Origin: Euryarchaeota archaeon UBA443
GTDB taxonomy: Archaea; Thermoplasmatota; Poseidoniia; Poseidoniales; Poseidoniaceae
Direction: 5' to 3'
DNA: 62,010 nucleotides
NCBI GenBank assembly: GCA_002499195.1
Contig: DAKS01000051.1
Coordinates: 1 to 62,010 of the forward strand
The position numbers and the translations under genes are program-made. The notes beneath the pieces are model-generated. The model saw only the letters and a list, made by a program, of their open reading frames with translations. It was not told the DNA's origin and did no database searches. Below, in pieces: positions 57,386-62,010 of the stretch. Position 1 is the first letter of the stretch, and the number at the start of each line of letters is the position of its first letter.

Positions 57386-58669
57386 ATGGACGAAGCACCT
57401 GGCACATCCTTAGTGAATGCCCTCGCTTCTACCCGTCAAGGTAACGACACCATCTTCGGATGGTACGCCCGATACCTCAAAGCAAAAGAAGATGGACACG
57501 ATGCAATCAATGGAACAGCGGGTCTTCTCCTCGAAGACGATGGAAGTCTTGCCATCAACAACGTTGTTGACCAAATGTTGCGAAAAGCACCACCTGTCGA
57601 ATTTGCATCCTATGCTCCACTCAAAGGATTACCTGATTTTCTTGATCTGAGTATTTCTCTCGCTCTTGGTGAACATCGTTCGGACCTTGAAAGCCTTGGC
57701 TTCAATTTCGTATCAACTGCTACACCAGGCGGTTCTGGCGCTCTTTTCCTTGCAGCGAACAATCTTTGTGAACGTGGTGATGCAATCCTACTCAGAGAAC
57801 GACATTGGGGGCCATATGCTGGATTCCTCAAGGGATGTGGACTTGAAATGGCAACGTGGCCATTGCTTCCTACAGGTGACCATGAATACCCATTCTTTGC
57901 GGATGATGCTTTTGAAGAAACGGTCGACCAGCTTGCTCAAAACCAGAAAACTGTGATGGTTTGGCTCAATGATCCTGCACACAACCCAACAGGATTAACC
58001 ATGACTGCACAAGGCCGTCGAGCGGCTCTTGATATCATGATGGCTAGTGCAGCAAAGCATCCCGATGTAGGACATACTCTTCTTCTTGATACTGCATACA
58101 GCCTTTACGCCGATGAACCTCACGGTTGGGGTCAAACCCTCAAGGAGACCATGGACGATGGAACTCCTTGGCCAGAGAACTTCCTCATCACTTATGCACT
58201 ATCTTTGTCCAAATCTCACACAGCATATGGCTTGCGAACCGGTGCATTGATTGGAATTCATCCAGATGAGGAAGTAACAGAACGTTTGCGAGATATCTTC
58301 GGAACAACTGGACGACAAACATGGTCAGCAGCACCACGTATTCTCCAATATACTGCAGCACAATTACATGCGAATGAAGCATCTGCACAAGCCTGGTCGG
58401 ATGAACTAGATCGTCTACAAAGACTCCTTGACGAACGTAGAACTACATTTGTTGAGGCATGTGGAAAATACAATGTTCCAATCAATCCAACCCATGATGG
58501 ATTCTTTGCATGGCTTGAACACGAACATCCAGAAACAATCACGGAAGCCTGTGCACAACACCACGTCTACCTCGTCCCTCTAAGAGGAGGTATTCGTATT
58601 GGATTATGTGCAATGCCATTGGATGATATTGAAAAGGTAGCAAAGACGCTTGCAAACGTCCTCAACTAG
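57386..58669 (+). CDS. Class I/II PLP aminotransferase
   Basis: TPGGSGAL, NDPAHNPTG, LDTAY, SLSKSHTAYGLRTG, GIRIG. Confidence 0.88.
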   Translation: MDEAPGTSLVNALASTRQGNDTIFGWYARYLKAKEDGHDAINGTAGLLLEDDGSLAINNVVDQMLRKAPPVEFASYAPLKGLPDFLDLSISLALGEHRSDLESLGFNFVSTATPGGSGALFLAANNLCERGDAILLRERHWGPYAGFLKGCGLEMATWPLLPTGDHEYPFFADDAFEETVDQLAQNQKTVMVWLNDPAHNPTGLTMTAQGRRAALDIMMASAAKHPDVGHTLLLDTAYSLYADEPHGWGQTLKETMDDGTPWPENFLITYALSLSKSHTAYGLRTGALIGIHPDEEVTERLRDIFGTTGRQTWSAAPRILQYTAAQLHANEASAQAWSDELDRLQRLLDERRTTFVEACGKYNVPINPTHDGFFAWLEHEHPETITEACAQHHVYLVPLRGGIRIGLCAMPLDDIEKVAKTLANVLN

Positions 58670-59059
58670 GTGAAAAGTATGGTTCGCAATGTGCGAGAAA
58701 ACCTGATTCTCTCTGGGATGATTTGCATTGCTTTCGGTGCATTTCTATCCGTAGGAGGTGTCCTTTCAATGGGTGCAGTCATAGGTGTCTCAGGACTCCT
58801 ATTATTCATCATTGGAATGAGCACACCAAGCCAGAGAACGATGAGTGAACAGGATATTGCTGCCTGGACACCAAGTTCAGAACAACTTCCCGATGCAAAT
58901 CGAATCATGTACAGAGTCGATGTAACCATTGACGAACCAAAGAAGACAACAATCCTGTGTGGACCTTGTGGAAGCGTAACCGAACTCGATGGAGATCGAC
59001 CAACGTCATTCACATGTCCAGCATGTAACACGTTCCTCTACGAGGACGAAGAAGAGTGA
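58670..59059 (+). CDS. Small membrane protein with C-terminal zinc ribbon
   Basis: 2 TM then CGPC...CPAC. Confidence 0.72.
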   Translation: MKSMVRNVRENLILSGMICIAFGAFLSVGGVLSMGAVIGVSGLLLFIIGMSTPSQRTMSEQDIAAWTPSSEQLPDANRIMYRVDVTIDEPKKTTILCGPCGSVTELDGDRPTSFTCPACNTFLYEDEEE

Positions 59060-59767
59060 TTACTTCTGTTCGTACTCGTAAGGCTGTGCCGTTGTTTGGG
59101 CAGGCATTTGTTGTGCAGGCATTTGTTGCTGCATAGGCATCTGACCAGCCATCATTTGTCCACCCATCATTTGCCCTTGTTGCATGATAACAGGATCCTT
59201 GGTCTTGAGTGTCAATGCGAGAATTAGTCCGATGAGGAGGATAACACCACCACAGACAGCAACAAGAATTCCTCCTAATGCTGTAAGGCCTCCTCCAACT
59301 GCATCACCGAATGCCTCAATATCTCCAACGATGTAAATTTTAACATCTGAATTAATTGTAACTGTATCACCAGCATCAGCACTAGGCCATAGCCAAGAGA
59401 TACTTCCAACACGTTGATAATCATCATCCAGATAATCATCTTCAGAGTTATATTCACAGTCTTTGTTGAAATACTCTCCTCCATTCTCTGAAGAATCATC
59501 TATGGATTCCTTCATTGTTATTGAAATTGAAATCGTTCCTGTTCCATCTCCATCGGGGTCGATAATTTGGTCACAGCTAACACTGGCACTGGCGTAAATT
59601 CCGTAGATATCATCATCGGGAATTACAAAATCTCCAGATGTTCCTTCCCAGACATTCTCGGATTCTGGATTTAATCCAGCGCTTGCAGCGCCTCCAACTA
59701 TCATTACTACTCCGATAGCTGTAATAATTCCGCCAATGATTAACAATACTTTACCTGCTGTATGCAT
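59060..59767 (-). CDS. Two-TM membrane protein with acidic external loop and Gln/Met-rich tail
   Basis: N- and C-terminal TM; QQGQMMGGQMMAGQMPMQQQMPAQQMPAQ. Confidence 0.75.
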   Translation of the reverse strand: MHTAGKVLLIIGGIITAIGVVMIVGGAASAGLNPESENVWEGTSGDFVIPDDDIYGIYASASVSCDQIIDPDGDGTGTISISITMKESIDDSSENGGEYFNKDCEYNSEDDYLDDDYQRVGSISWLWPSADAGDTVTINSDVKIYIVGDIEAFGDAVGGGLTALGGILVAVCGGVILLIGLILALTLKTKDPVIMQQGQMMGGQMMAGQMPMQQQMPAQQMPAQTTAQPYEYEQK

Positions 59768-59826
59768 ATGCTAACCTCAGTGATGGCGATTAATAACCAT
59801 GACTCAAAATTAAAGATTAATTTTTA

Positions 59827-60657
59827 TCAATCTAATTTTCCTTCATCTTCCGATGGAGATTCTGTCGACGGGAATTGGTAAGGTTCTGCTTTTGTCATCT
59901 CTTCTGTTACAACGGACGAGGTCATGACTTGAGATATGTTTTGACTCACACCAACACCAACAGTATTTTCTGGAGTTGTATTCATCATATATGTTCCATC
60001 TGAATTAACCATCATCTCAACAGGTGCATCCTCTTTCAATGTAAATATCAGAATTACACCAATAATCATGATGACGACACCACAGCACAATGCCCCAGAA
60101 CCACCAAGGAAGCCTAGTGCAATCAATCCAATATCTTCGCCTAGCTCTTCAATCATGACATCGTCGTAAGTTACAGAGACATTTTCATTGGATACGAAAG
60201 AAAAGTTACCTGCAAAACATCCATAACACGCACGGCCAATTTTCACGTAACCTTGTTCTTTACGATCATAATTTGTGTTACCTAAGTCTGCATCACAACT
60301 CGATGTCTCTTTTCCATCATAATTGAAAGCAACTTCGTAGTAGAATTCTCCATCATACGCACTCCAATCTGAAACGTCTGGATGTTCAGTCACATTAATC
60401 TCTACATTTTCACACATATCCCAGATGCCATTCTCATCTTTATCGATATACTCGCCCTTGACCCAGAAGGTCATGCCTATGTCACCAAAACCATCTGAAT
60501 CAATAACTTCAATTGATCCATTGTCGACTTCTTCGAGCGTGAACTCAGTGGATTCTTCGATTCCAGCGATTCCAAATCCGCCGATGACGAATCCAATGAT
60601 GCCGAAAACAAAGATTCCTAGTCCAACGAGAATTGTAATCGTAGCACGCTTGTCCAT
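59827..60657 (-). CDS. Two-TM membrane protein with Cys-containing external loop (architecture like the neighbour)
   Basis: TM-loop-TM with CCG; tail ending AEPYQFP. Confidence 0.75.
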   Translation of the reverse strand: MDKRATITILVGLGIFVFGIIGFVIGGFGIAGIEESTEFTLEEVDNGSIEVIDSDGFGDIGMTFWVKGEYIDKDENGIWDMCENVEINVTEHPDVSDWSAYDGEFYYEVAFNYDGKETSSCDADLGNTNYDRKEQGYVKIGRACYGCFAGNFSFVSNENVSVTYDDVMIEELGEDIGLIALGFLGGSGALCCGVVIMIIGVILIFTLKEDAPVEMMVNSDGTYMMNTTPENTVGVGVSQNISQVMTSSVVTEEMTKAEPYQFPSTESPSEDEGKLD

Positions 60658-60702
60658 ACCCTTTCGACAATAATGTCGTGTTTAAGGCTATTGAGAGAAA
60701 TA

Positions 60703-62010
60703 TCAATCAAACATTTCATCTTCTTTCTGACCAGCCATGACGAAGTGCATGATGACCAGAGCAACACCGCCGATGTAAAGCAGCAATGCGACGTAGTCAA
60801 AGCCATTATCAAAGTTCATCCACCAGCCCATGTATTCTTGGTTCTGGACAATTGCACTTTCCATGTCATCAGCATCATCATTTTCAATCTCTGAACCTTG
60901 AACAATCTGGAATACAGGTTGCAAGTCACTCATCGCAGGAGTAGATGCTAAATCGGTTCCAGTTCGTGTATCAAGGTAGAACGTCGAAGTAGAGTCTCCA
61001 GCAATGATTAGTCCAGAGATATCCTCTGATTTCATGTTAATCTCGCTTCCAAAGTATACTGGAAGCGCAGGCGTCATTGCATCAAGGAGCGTGTAACTCT
61101 TGATGAGTTTCGCAGTGATTGGTCGAGTAGTTGGATCAACCGATGCGGAGCACTCGTCGACTGGGATGCCCTTGACATCTCCAGTACCATCGCAGGTGAC
61201 TTCAGTAATTGCGTAGCCACCAGCGTTAACCTTGTCTCCATCTCCGGTGAGGAAGCCACCAGTGGTTCCGTCAAGTGTTTCAACACCAACGAGGCCAAAT
61301 GTTGCTATCATCATCTGAGTGTTGTGCCAGGAGAGTTCGTTAGATCCGTCCTCAGATACAGCTTCACCCTTCTCACAATCAGCGTTGTGTCCAGTACACA
61401 TGACATAGACCGTAGCAGGTCCTGTGGAAACGCCACCTGATCCGTAGTAGGTTTCGTTAGTTTCCAATGTAGCCCATCCTGCGGAATCAGCGGTTGGGTC
61501 ATCAGCAACCATCATACTAACAGGGTCGAACCATCCGTAGAGCCAGTTGTTCAATGGCATGGTCATGTATTGGCCACTGCTACCGAAACTGTCTACTAGA
61601 AGTCCAGGAACGAAATCTCCGTAAATGACACTCATCATGAGTGTTCGAATAGCGTTAGCAGCATTCGCATCAACACCATAGAGTGTAGAAACGGTTGTGG
61701 TGTTCCACTCCATTGATGGACCTGGCTGCATTGTTGCAAAGTTGATTGGAGGCGTCATTCCAGTTAATTCACCGTAAAGGAAGAGTGTTGCACCTGTTGC
61801 AGTTGTGAGTCCGAGTGGACCATACAGTATGTCTCCAGAAACAGCTGCATCGAGTGCGATCGATGGTGCTCCTTCGGATGCTGGGATGAGTGCAGTCCCC
61901 CAAGCACCACCGAGGTTGAGGCTGTTGTCTAGATAACCGCCGTTGACTGGATCTAAATCACCAAAGGTGATGTTCACAAATTGTTCAGCGGTCAATGTAC
62001 CTGTTCCACC
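60703..62010 (-). CDS. Large membrane-anchored protein, C-terminal part CD36/SCARB-like (5' end outside window)
   Basis: Frame open to the window edge; NNWLYGWFDP, VMCTG, ELSW, LDGTTG, VKGIP motifs; C-terminal TM. Confidence 0.6.
   Translation of the reverse strand, partial: GGTGTLTAEQFVNITFGDLDPVNGGYLDNSLNLGGAWGTALIPASEGAPSIALDAAVSGDILYGPLGLTTATGATLFLYGELTGMTPPINFATMQPGPSMEWNTTTVSTLYGVDANAANAIRTLMMSVIYGDFVPGLLVDSFGSSGQYMTMPLNNWLYGWFDPVSMMVADDPTADSAGWATLETNETYYGSGGVSTGPATVYVMCTGHNADCEKGEAVSEDGSNELSWHNTQMMIATFGLVGVETLDGTTGGFLTGDGDKVNAGGYAITEVTCDGTGDVKGIPVDECSASVDPTTRPITAKLIKSYTLLDAMTPALPVYFGSEINMKSEDISGLIIAGDSTSTFYLDTRTGTDLASTPAMSDLQPVFQIVQGSEIENDDADDMESAIVQNQEYMGWWMNFDNGFDYVALLLYIGGVALVIMHFVMAGQKEDEMFD

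Noticed and set aside
2491-58669. Apparent enrichment of PLP and cofactor genes (pdxT, aminotransferases, sufS, kbl, glgP, ribK, nadM, folD)
   Set aside because: Scattered over 56 kb on both strands; expected in a streamlined core genome
57224-62010. tRNA-anchored integrated element or genomic island
   Set aside because: No integrase and no duplicated tRNA 3' end seen; flanks are housekeeping genes

Overview
A gene-dense, mostly chromosomal-core segment of an archaeal genome. Archaeal markers include arcTGT, CTP-dependent riboflavin kinase, NadM, a DRG GTPase, DUF835 and GGTGA/GAGGTGA Shine-Dalgarno sites. These, together with acidic Cys/Asp-repeat surface proteins and an alpha-glucan locus next to truA, point to Marine Group II Euryarchaeota (Poseidoniales); this taxonomy is inferred, not searched. 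Main contents: a partial LDLa-repeat lipoprotein; cofactor and housekeeping genes (pdxT, nadM, grpE, DRG, truA, tgtA, ribK, kbl/bioF, citrate synthase, tatC, folD, tRNA-Thr(UGU)); a complete alpha-glucan utilisation locus (GH57, GH77, GT35, GH13, MalK/MalG and a MalE-MalF fusion); a four-gene ABC-2 exporter with an AttH/CrtC-like neighbour; a bacterial-type sufCBDSE-sufT operon with a divergent NifU gene; lipid-related genes (MMPL, GDPD, PAP2/IPC-synthase-like); and a partial CD36-like protein. The best candidate for an undescribed system is a translationally coupled three-gene operon at 42.6-46.5 kb: a PATAN/DUF2226-like + DUF835 protein, a bacterial DnaA-type AAA+ protein lacking the DNA-binding domain IV, and a YkgJ Cys-cluster protein. 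Also notable are an apparently circularly permuted GDPD, the CD36-like protein and the LDLa/pilin-like lipoprotein. No CRISPR, rRNA, transposase or integrase was seen. All family calls come from motifs recognised by eye; no database search was run.
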